A stretch of 64,000 nt of DNA from Rhodanobacteraceae bacterium (GCA_024234055.1 JACKOW010000001.1:828874-892873); one strand, 5' to 3'. Shown: positions 1 through 10,076, numbered from the stretch's first letter. Notes: generated from the sequence alone by a model not told the origin. Numbers and translations are program-made.

Positions 1-930
1 TGAGAGGTTATTGGAGGAGCGCGAGCCCCAGGAGGTCTGATCGACCCAGGTGTAATCAGCGCTCAGCGTCGGCAGGTGGGCGGCCTTGGCGGTATTGACG
101 TTCTCCTCGGCCTGCTTGAGATCGAAGCGGCGGATCGCCAGCAGCGGACTCTCGGCCTCGGCGGTAGCCACCCAGTCCTCGGTCTTGTCGGGGCTGGGGC
201 GGCTGAGCGTGATGTTCTCGGCCAGCGGGCGCACGTCGCTGACTGGCTTGCCGGTGAGCTCAGCCAAGGCCTCGAAGCTGTCGTCCAGCTGGTTCTGCGC
301 CAAAATGGCCGCGGCGCGCGCGCCATCGTAGCGAGCTTGTGCCTCATGCACGTCGGTGATGGCCGACAGACCGACTTCAAAGCGCTGCTGAGCCTGTTCC
401 AGCTGGCGATTGACGGCGGTCTCCTCGGCCTTCGCGGCTTCCAGATTGGTGGTCGCCGTCAGGGCACTGAAATAGGCCTCTGCCACGCGCACGATCAGGT
501 TGTCCAGCGCGGCATCGTAGCTGGCCGCCAGACTGGACTGACCGGCGCGGGCGCCGCGCAGTCGAGTGTAGTTGGCCTGGCTGTAAATGGTCTGGGTGAG
601 CTGCAAACGATACGTGCGCGAGGTGGTATCGCCATTGCCATCTGCGCGGCCGAAGCGCACGGTACCGTCCGGTTGCGGAATCGAGGTGATCTGCGAGCTA
701 CTGCTGTTGGAGTCACCCAGGCCTGCGCTGCCGCTCAGGTTGGGCAGCAACGAGGAGCGCGCCTGCACCACACCTTCGCCTGCGGCATACATGGCCGACT
801 CGGCAGCGGCCAGCTGCGGATCACTGGCGCGGGCCATTTCGTAGATCTGGGCCAGGTCAGCAGCGCTGGCGCTGCCGGCGAGGGCCGAGAGGCCGGTGAT
901 CAGGGCAATGGTCAGGGTATGGCGACGCAT
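1..930 (-). CDS. tolC: TolC-family outer-membrane efflux protein (N-terminal part; gene continues beyond window start)
   Basis: Reverse-strand reading from ATG (complement of cat at 928-930) gives MRRHTLTIALITGLSALAGSASAADLAQIYEMARASDPQLAAAESAMYAAGEGVVQARSSLLPNLSG.., a signal peptide followed by TolC-like repeat sequence. AAGAGG SD lies just upstream. It is absent from the ORF table because it runs off the window edge. Confidence 0.75.
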   Translation of the reverse strand, partial: MRRHTLTIALITGLSALAGSASAADLAQIYEMARASDPQLAAAESAMYAAGEGVVQARSSLLPNLSGSAGLGDSNSSSSQITSIPQPDGTVRFGRADGNGDTTSRTYRLQLTQTIYSQANYTRLRGARAGQSSLAASYDAALDNLIVRVAEAYFSALTATTNLEAAKAEETAVNRQLEQAQQRFEVGLSAITDVHEAQARYDGARAAAILAQNQLDDSFEALAELTGKPVSDVRPLAENITLSRPSPDKTEDWVATAEAESPLLAIRRFDLKQAEENVNTAKAAHLPTLSADYTWVDQTSWGSRSSNNLS

Positions 931-952
931 GGAAAACCTCTTGGGATAATCG

Positions 953-1615
953 TCAGAATTCGAAGCGGGACGCGGGCTGCGCACCGTGCAGATAGGGTAG
1001 GTCGGTCTCGAACAGGCTCTTGGCTTCGACGTAGTCTGGGCCCTGGCGTGTCAACACCGCGGCATTCATCACCGGCGACTTGCCATGGACCACGAACAAC
1101 CGGCCGCCGGGCTTGAGCCAGCGCTGGAAGGATTCAGGGATGACCGCCACGGCACCGGTGACGGCAATCGCATCAAAGGTCTGCGCCGGGTGGAAGTCGA
1201 AAGCATCGCCGGCCTGTACCTGACAGTTGCGGATGCCAGAGGATCCGATCCGGGCGCGTGCGCGCTCCGCCAGATCGGCATGCAACTCGATGCTGAGCAC
1301 CTGGCGCGCCAGCCGCGCCAGACAGGCCGCCAGAAAACCGCTGCCGGTGCCGATTTCGAGCACGTCTTCGTCGCCGCCGAGCTCCAGGGCCTGGAGCAAT
1401 CGGCCTTCGACCACGGGCTTCATCATGAACTCGCCGTGCTCCAGCGGGATCGCCAGATCGGCAAAAGCCAGCTTGCGGTGACGAGGCGGCACGAAATCCT
1501 CGCGCTTGATCTCGCCGAGGACGTCCAGCACGCGGGTGTCGAGTACCTCCCACGGGCGCACCTGCTGTTCAACCATATTGAAGCGAGCACGTTCAAAATT
1601 GAGCGATCCGGCCAT
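953..1615 (-). CDS. pcm: protein-L-isoaspartate O-methyltransferase
   Basis: ORF 953..1648 has the SAM-binding motif VLEIGTGSGFLAACLARLA and a Pcm-like N-terminus. Start chosen at MAGSLNF (ATG 1615), alternative 1648. It lies directly downstream of tolC, as in Xanthomonadaceae. Confidence 0.75.
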   Translation of the reverse strand: MAGSLNFERARFNMVEQQVRPWEVLDTRVLDVLGEIKREDFVPPRHRKLAFADLAIPLEHGEFMMKPVVEGRLLQALELGGDEDVLEIGTGSGFLAACLARLARQVLSIELHADLAERARARIGSSGIRNCQVQAGDAFDFHPAQTFDAIAVTGAVAVIPESFQRWLKPGGRLFVVHGKSPVMNAAVLTRQGPDYVEAKSLFETDLPYLHGAQPASRFEF

Positions 1616-1715
1616 GGCTTTGTCTACAAATCCGAGATGAGAAGGCAAGACGACAAGGGTAGCGGTCCACGGCTGGGTTGCTCAAGGGCGAAGCTTCGGT
1701 TTCGGCGGGCCATGT

Positions 1716-2035
1716 TCATAAGTGCCAGAGGTCATCGCGGGGCTGGTTGTCGGTTGTCGGTTGTTGGTTGTTGGTAGGAGCTGGCTCGCGCGGAGACGCG
1801 GAGGGCGCGGAGAACAGCGCGAGCTGCTTTTGCTTCCTGTGGGAGCGGACTCTGTCCGCGATTGTGTTGTGGGTCAGACAAGTCTGGACCTTCAACAGCG
1901 AACCGCCGCCATTCTCGACGAAGCAATTCAGGAGCTTGTCACCTTGCTTCTGGATTGCTTCGCTGCGCTCGCAATGACGCCCATATACAAGCCTCTCCCG
2001 AGTCCCGAGTCCCAACAACCAACAACCGCTCCTTC
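1716..2035. repeat. Intergenic repeat mosaic: GGTTGTC/GGTTGTT heptamer array, REP (CTGTGGGAGCGGACTCTGTCCGCGAT), palindrome GGTCAGACAAGTCTGGACC, half MITE-like hairpin, CCGAGTC heptamers
   Basis: Direct reading. The same motif families recur at more than 10 other sites in the window. Confidence 0.8.
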
Positions 2036-3169
2036 TCAGTCCAGCGTCTTCCGGAAGCGCTTCGCCCCAAGGGCCACCACCACCAGCGTGAACACCAGCA
2101 GTGGCCACAGATTAGGCCAGACGTCGGCCGGGCCATTGACCTTGAGCAAGACGCCGCGAACGATGCGCAAGAAATGGGTCAGCGGCAGCACTTCGCCGAT
2201 GTTCTGGGCCCAACTGGGCATGCCGCGGAAGGGAAACATGAAGCCGGACAGCAGGATCGAAGGCAGGAAGAAGAAGAAGGTCATCTGCATGGCCTGCATC
2301 TGGTTGCGGGCCAGGGTCGAGAACAACAGGCCTACCGACAGGTTGGCGATCACGAAGGCCAGCACGCACAGCAGCAGGAAAGGGATGGAGCCGAGGATCG
2401 GCACTCCAAAGATGAAATGAGCGGCGCTCAGGATCACCGTGACCTGGATGTAGGCCACCAGGATGTAAGGCACCAGCTTGCCGATCATGATTTCCAGTGG
2501 TCGCACCGGCATGGCCAGCAGATTCTCCATGGTGCCGCGCTCGCGCTCGCGGGCGATGGCAAGGCCCGTCTGCATGATCAGGGTCATGGTCAGAATGACG
2601 CCCATGAGGCCGGGAACGATGTTGAACTGGGTGATGCCTTCCGGGTTGTAGCGGCGCTGGATGCGCAGATCGATGGGCCCGGGTTTGGCCGCGAGGCTGG
2701 CCAGCGGCCCGGTGAGCTCGGTGGCCACCGCCTGATCGATCAGGCCGCTGAGCGCGGCAATGGCATTGCCGCTGGCGACCGGATCGGTGGCATCGATTTC
2801 CATCAGCAGTTCCGGTCGCTGGCCGCGGACCAGATCGCGGGAGAAATTGGCCGGGATCCGCAGCAGGAACAGCACTTCGCCACGTTCCAGCAGGGCCCGC
2901 GAGCCCTCGATGGTCGGGGCCGCCGGCCGCAGATCGAAATAGTCGGAATTCTTCATCGCCGAGATCAGCCGCCGCGAGAACTCGCTCGACTCGGCGCTGA
3001 TCACGGTGGTCGGCAGATGCTTGGGGTCGGTGTTGATGGCAAAGCCGAACAGCAACAGCTGCATGATCGGAATGCCCACCATCATCGCGAAGGTCAGCCG
3101 ATCCCGACGCATCTGGATGAATTCCTTGCCGAGTACGGCCAGCAGCCGCTGCATCGAGAACCGGTTCAT
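2036..3169 (-). CDS. ABC-2 type transporter permease (YbhS/YhhJ-like)
   Basis: 377 aa with multiple TM helices and an ABC-2 permease signature region. Its start overlaps the upstream ATPase stop (ATGA). Confidence 0.8.
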   Translation of the reverse strand: MNRFSMQRLLAVLGKEFIQMRRDRLTFAMMVGIPIMQLLLFGFAINTDPKHLPTTVISAESSEFSRRLISAMKNSDYFDLRPAAPTIEGSRALLERGEVLFLLRIPANFSRDLVRGQRPELLMEIDATDPVASGNAIAALSGLIDQAVATELTGPLASLAAKPGPIDLRIQRRYNPEGITQFNIVPGLMGVILTMTLIMQTGLAIARERERGTMENLLAMPVRPLEIMIGKLVPYILVAYIQVTVILSAAHFIFGVPILGSIPFLLLCVLAFVIANLSVGLLFSTLARNQMQAMQMTFFFFLPSILLSGFMFPFRGMPSWAQNIGEVLPLTHFLRIVRGVLLKVNGPADVWPNLWPLLVFTLVVVALGAKRFRKTLD

Positions 3170-4080
3170 GCGCGATCTCCGCCGCGCATCAGCGCGATGA
3201 ATGCGTCTTCCAGGGAGGATTCGACCGGCTCGAAGCGGATTCGATGGCCGCTGGCGTAATCGTGCAGACTGCGTTTGAGCAACTCGGTATCGCTGCCGGA
3301 TACATGCAGTCGCAAACCGAAGGGCACCACCTGCTCGACGCCGGCCAGTGCGCTCAGCTCAGCCACGGCATCGGGTGGGGCACCGGTCAGCGCGTAGGTG
3401 TTCAAGCCGACCTGCGCCAGAATCTCGTCCGGCGTACCCTCGGCCAGCAATTTGCCGTAGGCGATGTAGGCCAGCCGATGGCAACGCTCGGCCTCGTCCA
3501 TGTAGTGGGTAGACACGAGCACGGTCAGGCCGTCGCGGGCGAGCGCGTGGATCTCGGCCCAGAAATCGCGTCTGGCCTTGGGGTCCACACCCGCCGTGGG
3601 CTCGTCCAGCAACAACAGACGTGGCTGGTGCAGCAGGCAGGCCGCCAGTGCCAGCCGCTGTTTCCAGCCGCCTGAGAGCGAACCGGCCAGCTGCCGTCTG
3701 CGACTGGTCAGGCCCAGCCTTTCCAGCGTGTCCGTCACCACCTGACGCGGCTTGCGCAGCTGATGCATGCGCGCCGCGAAACGCAGGTTTTCTTCGATGG
3801 TCAGGTCTTCCCACCAGCTGAAGCGCTGGGTCATGTAGCCGACCTGCTGCTTGATCGTGGCGCTGTCGTGGATCACATCCAGCCCCAGGCAGGTACCGCT
3901 GCCAGCGTCGGCCGTGAGCAGCCCGCAGATCATGCGGATCGAGGTGGTCTTGCCGCTGCCGTTGGGCCCGAGAAAGCCGTAGATGGCGCCGCGTTCGACC
4001 TGCAGATTGAGGCCGTCGACCACAGTCTTGCCGTCGAAGCGCTTGGTGAGGCCTTTTACGTCGATGACGAGGTCGTTCAT
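3166..4080 (-). CDS. ABC transporter ATP-binding protein
   Basis: Walker A GPNGSGKTT, signature LSGGWKQRL, Walker B LLLLDEPTAGVD. The ORF table entry 3166..4332 carries a spurious N-terminal extension translated from repeats. The true start is MNDLVIDVKGL at 4080. Confidence 0.85.
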   Translation of the reverse strand: MNDLVIDVKGLTKRFDGKTVVDGLNLQVERGAIYGFLGPNGSGKTTSIRMICGLLTADAGSGTCLGLDVIHDSATIKQQVGYMTQRFSWWEDLTIEENLRFAARMHQLRKPRQVVTDTLERLGLTSRRRQLAGSLSGGWKQRLALAACLLHQPRLLLLDEPTAGVDPKARRDFWAEIHALARDGLTVLVSTHYMDEAERCHRLAYIAYGKLLAEGTPDEILAQVGLNTYALTGAPPDAVAELSALAGVEQVVPFGLRLHVSGSDTELLKRSLHDYASGHRIRFEPVESSLEDAFIALMRGGDRA

Positions 4081-4339
4081 TCTGGTTGTCGGTTGTCGGT
4101 GTCGGTGTAGGTGTAGGTGCAGGTGTAGGTGTACGTGTCGGTTCCTGGTGTGTGCAGCGATCGCGGCTGAAGCCGCTCCCAAAGTTTCGGCTGTTTCCAA
4201 CAACCGGCAACCGACAACCGGCAACCAGCCCGGATGAGTGCAGCGATCGCGGCTGAAGCCGCTCCCACAGACTGCAATCTGGCGGGCTGTGGCATCGGCT
4301 GTTTCCAACAACCGACAACCAGCAACCGACAACCCGTCG
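4081..4339. repeat. Composite repeat block: GGTTGTCGGTGTAGGTG arrays, two REP copies (GCAGCGATCGCGGCTGAAGCCGCTCCCA) and CAACCGG/CAACCGA heptamer arrays
   Basis: Direct reading. It fills the gap between the MFP stop (4340) and the ATPase start (4080). Confidence 0.85.
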
Positions 4340-5308
4340 TCAAGGACGGCGCCTCACCACCACCGGCAACCCAGGTGCCAGCGGCGCCGGACTGTCGAAT
4401 CGGGCTTCGACGCGATAGACCAGATCCTCGCTGCGCGACTCACTGAAGATCACCGGTGGCGTGTACTCGGGGCTGGCGGCGATGAAGTTGACGGTTGCGG
4501 TCAATTCCGAGGTGCAAGCGCTGCAGCTGATGGAGACGGACTGGCCAGGCGACCACTGCGCCAGTTCATTCATCGGCACGAAGAAGCGGATGAACGGGCC
4601 GCTGGCCGGCAGTAGTTTCAGCACCGGCGCGCCCGCCGGCACCCATTCGCCCAGCTGAAACAGGGTGTCTTCGATGCGCCCATCCTGGAGGGCGCGGATG
4701 CGGGTCTGATCAACGCTCCATTGCACCTGTCCGAGCGCGGCCTGGGCGGCTTCGACGGCGGCATCGGCAGCAGCGATGGCGTCGGGGCGGCCGGCCAGTT
4801 CGGCACTGCGCTGTTGCGCCAGCACCGAGGCCACGCGCGCCTGGGCCTGGGCCTGGGCGGCGTTGGCCTGGTCCAGGGCGTCGGCAGAGGTCAGGCCGCG
4901 GGCGCGCAGTTCGCTGATCCGTTTCAGTTCGCGCTCGGCCAGATCCAGCGCCGAACGCGCTTCTCGGACCTGCGCCGCAATCACCCGGATCTCTTCCGGT
5001 CGGCGGCCGCTGCCAAGATCATCCCGTTGCGCCTGGGCCTGACGCACCTGGCTCTGTGCCTGCAGCAGCTGTTGCTGTTGCAGCTCGCCGTCCACGGCGA
5101 ACAGGGTTGCGCCGGTGACGACCGCTGCGCCGCGTGGCAGCGGCAGTTCGGTCAGGCGTCCGGCTACCGGTGCGGCAATGTAGGCGTAATCTGCTTCCAG
5201 GTAGCCTTGGTAGCCGTCCGGCGCCTGGGATTGGCAGCCGGTCAGCGCCAACAAGCACATCACTGTCCACACCCAGGTGGCCCGGCGCGTCATCACGATC
5301 GACTTCAT
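4340..5308 (-). CDS. HlyD-family membrane fusion / periplasmic adaptor protein (YbhG/YhiI-like)
   Basis: Signal/TM plus lipobox-like LTGC, a coiled-coil region and C-terminal beta-barrel motifs. Start MKSIVMTRR at 5308 has GGAG SD 8 nt upstream and overlaps the tetR stop (ATGA). The ORF-table N-terminal extension is rejected. Confidence 0.8.
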   Translation of the reverse strand: MKSIVMTRRATWVWTVMCLLALTGCQSQAPDGYQGYLEADYAYIAAPVAGRLTELPLPRGAAVVTGATLFAVDGELQQQQLLQAQSQVRQAQAQRDDLGSGRRPEEIRVIAAQVREARSALDLAERELKRISELRARGLTSADALDQANAAQAQAQARVASVLAQQRSAELAGRPDAIAAADAAVEAAQAALGQVQWSVDQTRIRALQDGRIEDTLFQLGEWVPAGAPVLKLLPASGPFIRFFVPMNELAQWSPGQSVSISCSACTSELTATVNFIAASPEYTPPVIFSESRSEDLVYRVEARFDSPAPLAPGLPVVVRRRP

Positions 5309-5973
5309 TGCTTGTCTCCAGCCGGCGCGCGCAGCGCCCGCAAACTCAAATCCAGCCAGCACTCGAGGTAGCGATCCGGCTCGAAGGGGCGCTCGTCCAC
5401 GCGCCCCAGCGAGTGCAACCAGATCGGCATGAACACCAGTCCGTGAATCAGCACCCGCACCGCGTATTCGATATCCATGGGCGCAAATTCGCCCGAGGCC
5501 ACGCCCTTGCGCAGCACGGTAGCCAGCACGCCGTCCTGCATGCGGGCAATGAAGTTCACGACGAAGTGCCGGGCCAGCTCCGGAAAGTTGCCGGATTCGG
5601 ACATCATCAGCTTGGGCACACCCTGCATCGGTGAGGCGCTCAGCACCTGCCACCAGCGTCGGACGAAGCGCTCGATCAGCGTGCTGGCACTGATCCCGGG
5701 GTCGGCGATCGCTAGCGAGAACTCGGCCAGCAACGGGCCGATGTTGCGTCCCACGGCTTCCGCCAGCAGCGCTTCCTTGCTGTCGAAATACAGGTAGACC
5801 GTGCCCTTGCTGACGCCCGCGCGCTCGGCGACATCGTCCAGGCGCGTGGCTGCGAAACCCCGCTCCACAAACAGGCCCAAGGCCGCGTCGACAATCTCGG
5901 CGGGCCGCGCCTCCTTGCGCCTGCGTCTGGCTGGGCTTGGGTCCTTGCCCCGGTTGGCGGAAGAGTCGGACAT
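5305..5973 (-). CDS. TetR/AcrR family transcriptional regulator
   Basis: HTH region EIVDAALGLFVERGFAATRLDDVAERAGVSKGTVYLYF. Start MSDSSANRGK at 5973. It is the first gene of the tetR-MFP-ABC ATPase-permease operon. Confidence 0.85.
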   Translation of the reverse strand: MSDSSANRGKDPSPARRRRKEARPAEIVDAALGLFVERGFAATRLDDVAERAGVSKGTVYLYFDSKEALLAEAVGRNIGPLLAEFSLAIADPGISASTLIERFVRRWWQVLSASPMQGVPKLMMSESGNFPELARHFVVNFIARMQDGVLATVLRKGVASGEFAPMDIEYAVRVLIHGLVFMPIWLHSLGRVDERPFEPDRYLECWLDLSLRALRAPAGDKQ

Positions 5974-5990
5974 TGATCCATGTTTTAATA

Positions 5991-6004
5991 ACTGACCGGT
6001 CAGT
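5991..6004. promoter_or_regulatory. Perfect 14-bp palindrome ACTGACCGGTCAGT, candidate TetR operator, 18 bp upstream of the tetR start
   Basis: Seen in sequence. It is embedded in an AT-rich segment TTTTAATAACTGACCGGTCAGTAATTTACAT. Confidence 0.6.
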
Positions 6005-6186
6005 AATTTACATCGATCATAGGGCGGGCGCAAGTGCCCCGGAGTCACCTGTGCTGGCCAGCAGCTTGATGCTGTCGGCGCGTCCTGTGGTGTCGTGCTC
6101 GACAGCCCGCCCCCATGGACAACACAATGGCCGCGAGAGCGCCGCATAGCGGTCAGACCAGAACAGGGCCAGACAGGAGTGGCGGA

Positions 6187-7479
6187 ATGAACGCGGTGAT
6201 CTCCCTTGATCGACTCCGATTCGAGTTCAATCGGCTGCGCGAACGACTCTGGCTCAGGCCGCTGCTGATCTGTGTGTTGTCCATCGGCGCCGCCGTTGCC
6301 GCCCGGTTGGCCGATGGTCTGGGCCTGTCTCATCTGGTCCCGGAAATCACGGTCGATTCGGTGCAAAGCCTGCTGTCGATCATGGCGTCCAGCATGCTGG
6401 TGATCGCCACTTTCGCGCTGTCCTCGATGGTCTCTGCCTATGCCTCCGCCGCCGGCACCGCGACCCCGCGATCATTTCCGCTGGTGCTGGCCGATGATGG
6501 ATCGAAGAACGCCCTGTCCACCTTCATCGGTGCCTTCATCTTCAGCATCGTCGCGCTGGTGGCGACCAAGAACCATTATTTCGGGACAACCGGCATCTTC
6601 GTGCTCTTCCTGATCACGGTACTGGTGTTCGGAATCGTGGTGGTCACCTTCGTGCGCTGGAGCGACAGCATTGCCCGACTGGGGCGCCTCGGAAGCACCA
6701 TCGACAAGGTCGAGGCCGCCTGCGCCGCAGCCCTGCGCCGACGGCGCCACGCACCTACGCTGTGCGCCAGACTTCGCGCCGGTCAGGTTGGGGGACATGC
6801 CGTGCATACCCGCAGCATCGGTTATGTCCAGCATGTCGACATCAGTGCCCTGCAAGCGTGGGCCGAACGGCATCAGGCCTGGGTCGTGGTGGAGGTCCAG
6901 CCTGGAACGTTCGTCACCCCGGATCGACCCCTGGCGCTGATCAAGACCGACCAGGGCGAGGCACCGGAGGGCCCCACGGATGCCATCGTTGACGCCTTCA
7001 CGATCCACGGTGATCGCGTGTTCGAAGATGATCCGCGCTTCGGGCTGGTGGTGCTCTCGGAAATTGCAGCGCGGGCTCTGTCGCCTGCGGTCAATGACCC
7101 GGGTACGGCCATCGACACTATCGGCACGCTGGTGCGCCTGTTCTCGATCTGGATCGGCCCCGAGTCCGACAGCGCTCCTGCTGCGCCCGAATACGATCGG
7201 GTGTATGTGGCTGAACTGGCGGCTGGCGATCTGTTCGATGATGCCTTCAGCGCCATTGCCCGCGATGGTGCCGGGTCCGTTGAGGTAGGCCTGCGCCTGC
7301 AGAAGGCGCTGCTGGCGCTGGCGCGCATGGGCGACGAGACGGTGCGCAAGGCGGCGCGATCGCATTCGATTCTGGCGCTGAAGCGCGCCGAGTTGGCGCT
7401 GCAGCTGGACGAGGATCGTGAGCGCCTGCGCGCCGCCGCCGCCGAATGGGAATCGCTCTCGGTGGCTCCTGATTCCTGA
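6187..7479 (+). CDS. Membrane protein, DUF2254-like (4 N-terminal TM helices plus a soluble domain)
   Basis: Start MNAVISLDRL has GGAG SD. The TM segments match the predicted-membrane-protein family architecture. The family call is from memory and unverified. Confidence 0.5.
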   Translation: MNAVISLDRLRFEFNRLRERLWLRPLLICVLSIGAAVAARLADGLGLSHLVPEITVDSVQSLLSIMASSMLVIATFALSSMVSAYASAAGTATPRSFPLVLADDGSKNALSTFIGAFIFSIVALVATKNHYFGTTGIFVLFLITVLVFGIVVVTFVRWSDSIARLGRLGSTIDKVEAACAAALRRRRHAPTLCARLRAGQVGGHAVHTRSIGYVQHVDISALQAWAERHQAWVVVEVQPGTFVTPDRPLALIKTDQGEAPEGPTDAIVDAFTIHGDRVFEDDPRFGLVVLSEIAARALSPAVNDPGTAIDTIGTLVRLFSIWIGPESDSAPAAPEYDRVYVAELAAGDLFDDAFSAIARDGAGSVEVGLRLQKALLALARMGDETVRKAARSHSILALKRAELALQLDEDRERLRAAAAEWESLSVAPDS

Positions 7480-7556
7480 CCTTGACTTGCTGCCCATGGA
7501 CGCGGACGACATCCACGTTTAGGGTGCGCGCTGTTTTCCATCGAACGAGGTGCGCC

Positions 7557-9641
7557 GTGCGCCCGAACTGGTTTCTGATGCCCCTGATGTTGTCCATGAA
7601 TGCACTGGCTGTCGCGGCCACGCCGACTGAAGACCCCAACCAATGGCTGGAAGGCGTCGAGGACGCCAAGGCGCTGGAATGGGTGCAGGGCCTGAATGCC
7701 CAAACCGTGGCCGAGCTGACCCGCTCGGGCGACTTCAAGCGCATTCAGGCGCGCACGCTGGAGATTCTCGATTCCAACGAGAAGATCCCCTACGCCAGCA
7801 AGATGGGCGAGCACTACTACAACTTCTGGCGCGATGCCGATCACGTGCGCGGCATCTGGCGTCGCACCAGTCTGGACGAATACCGAAAGGCCGAACCAGC
7901 CTGGGAAACCGTGCTCGATATCGATGCTCTGGCCAAGGCCGAGGACGAGAACTGGGTGTATGCGGGCGCTGACTGCCTGCAGCCCGAGTATCGGCGCTGC
8001 CTGATCCAGCTCTCCCGCGGCGGTGCTGACGCCAATGTCGTGCGCGAATACGATGTGGTGGACAAGGCCTTCGTCAAGGGCGGTTTCGAACTGCCCGAGG
8101 CCAAGAGCGGCATGGGCTGGATCGATATCGATCATGTCTTCGTCGGCACCGATTTTGGCCCTGGCTCGATGACCTCCTCGGGCTATTCGCGCATCGCCAA
8201 GCGCTGGACGCGCGGCACGCCACTGAGCGCAGCGCAGACCGTCTACGAGGGCAAGGCCGATGACGTCTGGGTGTTTGCCTTTGCCGACACCACGCCCGGA
8301 TTCGAGCGCCAGGGCGTCTACCGCGGCATCACCTTCTACACCAACGAGGCCTACCTGCTGCAGGGCGATCAGCTCGTGAAGATCGACAAGCCCGACAGCG
8401 CCAATGCCAATTTCCATCGCGAATGGCTGTTGCTGGAGCTGCGCGAGGACTGGAGTGTCGGCGGCAAGACCTGGCCGGCGGGTTCACTGCTGGTGACGCG
8501 CCTGGATAACTTCATGGCAGGCAAGCGTGAGTTCGATGCCCTGTTCACGCCCACCGAGCGCTCATCGATGGCTGGCTATTCGCCCACCCGCCATCACATC
8601 ATCGTCAATGAACTCGACAACGTGAAGAACCGCGTCTATGTGTGGACGCCAGGCGAGGGCGGATGGACGCGACAGCCGATGGCCGGTCTGCCTGAGTTCG
8701 GTGAGGTCAGCGTCAGCGCGGTCGATGCCCAGGACTCTGATGCCTATTGGGCCACGGTGACCGACTTCCTGACCCCGACCAGCCTGCACTATGGCGAGAT
8801 TGGTCAGGATGCACCGCAGTTGCTGAAGTCACTGCCAGCCTTTTTCGACGCGTCGAAGCTGGCCGTGAGCCAGCACGAAGCCATCTCCGCCGACGGCACC
8901 CGGGTACCTTATTTCCAGGTCGCGGCCAAGGATCTCACTCTCGACGGCAAGAACCCGACGATCCTCTACGGCTATGGCGGCTTCGAGGTCTCGATGACGC
9001 CCAGCTACATGGCCAACTATGGCGATTCCTGGCTCAACAAGGGCGGCGTATGGATCCTCGCCAACATCCGCGGTGGCGGCGAGTTTGGGCCGAAGTGGCA
9101 TCAGGCGGCGCTCAAGGCCAATCGGCACAAGGCCTATGAGGACTTCATCGCAGTGGCCGAAGACCTGATCGAACGCAAGGTCACGTCCACCGAGCATCTC
9201 GGCACCATGGGCGGCTCCAACGGTGGCCTGCTGATGGGCAACATGCTGACTCTGCGCCCGGATCTGTTCGGCGCCATCGTCTGTCAGGTGCCACTGCTCG
9301 ACATGCAGCGCTACCACAAGCTGCTGGCCGGCGCCTCCTGGATGGGCGAATACGGCAATCCGGATGATCCGGAAGAATGGAAGTACATCCAGACCTTCTC
9401 GCCGTACCACAACGTCAAGGCCGACGTGCAATACCCGCGTACCCTGTTCACCACCTCGACCCGCGACGATCGCGTGCATCCTGGCCATGCCCGCAAGATG
9501 GTCGCGAAGATGAAGCAACAGGGCCACGATGTGCTCTATTACGAGAACATCGAAGGCGGCCACGGCGGCGCCGCCAATGCTGCCCAGCGCGCCTTCATGA
9601 CCGCATTGGCGCTGACCTTCTTCTCCCGCGAACTGCGGTAG
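7557..9641 (+). CDS. Prolyl oligopeptidase family (S9) serine peptidase, secreted
   Basis: C-terminal catalytic region GGSNGGLLMG (nucleophile elbow) ... DDRVHPGHARKM. Signal peptide. GTG start at 7557 (alternative ATG 7578). Confidence 0.8.
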   Translation: MRPNWFLMPLMLSMNALAVAATPTEDPNQWLEGVEDAKALEWVQGLNAQTVAELTRSGDFKRIQARTLEILDSNEKIPYASKMGEHYYNFWRDADHVRGIWRRTSLDEYRKAEPAWETVLDIDALAKAEDENWVYAGADCLQPEYRRCLIQLSRGGADANVVREYDVVDKAFVKGGFELPEAKSGMGWIDIDHVFVGTDFGPGSMTSSGYSRIAKRWTRGTPLSAAQTVYEGKADDVWVFAFADTTPGFERQGVYRGITFYTNEAYLLQGDQLVKIDKPDSANANFHREWLLLELREDWSVGGKTWPAGSLLVTRLDNFMAGKREFDALFTPTERSSMAGYSPTRHHIIVNELDNVKNRVYVWTPGEGGWTRQPMAGLPEFGEVSVSAVDAQDSDAYWATVTDFLTPTSLHYGEIGQDAPQLLKSLPAFFDASKLAVSQHEAISADGTRVPYFQVAAKDLTLDGKNPTILYGYGGFEVSMTPSYMANYGDSWLNKGGVWILANIRGGGEFGPKWHQAALKANRHKAYEDFIAVAEDLIERKVTSTEHLGTMGGSNGGLLMGNMLTLRPDLFGAIVCQVPLLDMQRYHKLLAGASWMGEYGNPDDPEEWKYIQTFSPYHNVKADVQYPRTLFTTSTRDDRVHPGHARKMVAKMKQQGHDVLYYENIEGGHGGAANAAQRAFMTALALTFFSRELR

Positions 9642-9905
9642 CGGGGCACGGGACACGGGGCACGGGGCACGGGGCGATCGTGTTGCGACCCGTGCCTCCC
9701 GGCCCCGGGTTCCCGATTCAAGGTGTTGATGCGTCATTGCGAGGAGCGCAGCGACGAAGCAATCCAGAGCCGTTTGAAACAGAGCGCCTGGATTGCTTCC
9801 CCCCGGATCAAATCCGGGCTCGAAATGACGCCGGTTCAAGGTCACTGCGCGGGCAATGTCAGAGGAATCGTAGGCCGGGTCCGCGCGCCCGCTGGCCCCG
9901 GCTGA
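9642..9905. repeat. GGGGCAC heptamer array abutting the stop codon, followed by a MITE-like hairpin (GTCATTGCGAGGAGCGCAGCGACGAAGCAATCCAG...CTGGATTGCTTC)
   Basis: Direct reading. ORF 9723..9905 lies inside the hairpin and is rejected. Confidence 0.8.
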
Positions 9906-10076
9906 GCGTAGAGACGGCAAGCGCGCGGCGCCCGGCGGGCCAGGCCGCGGCCGCCGGCGCGAACAAGCCGGGCGCACAACCCAACCCGCCGCGCGCCGGA
10001 GCCGCGCTACCCCACACTCGGCTTGATTGCCCGTGTGCAGCGCCGGGCCAGTGCAAGATCGCCATGATCCCAACAA

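Noticed and set aside
76-1116. 346-aa + strand ORF (and 63..380 -, 86..331 +) overlapping the tolC/pcm region
   Set aside because: It is the antisense or off-frame reading of a GC-rich coding region. Its Gly/Arg/Ala composition is typical of shadow ORFs, and a coherent TolC-like reading exists on the - strand.
1862-3259. 465-aa + ORF and 1722..2420 + ORF antisense to the ABC-2 permease
   Set aside because: Shadow ORFs in a high-GC genome. The - strand encodes a recognisable ABC-2 permease.
3359-4318. 319-aa - ORF and the N-terminal extensions of ORFs 3166..4332, 4340..5653, 5305..6366, 11281..12714, 12598..14385, 40223..41989, 42543..45218, 45960..47630, 62323..63351
   Set aside because: The extensions read through intergenic repeat arrays or upstream genes. 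Internal start codons with SD motifs and family-typical N-termini give the real starts.
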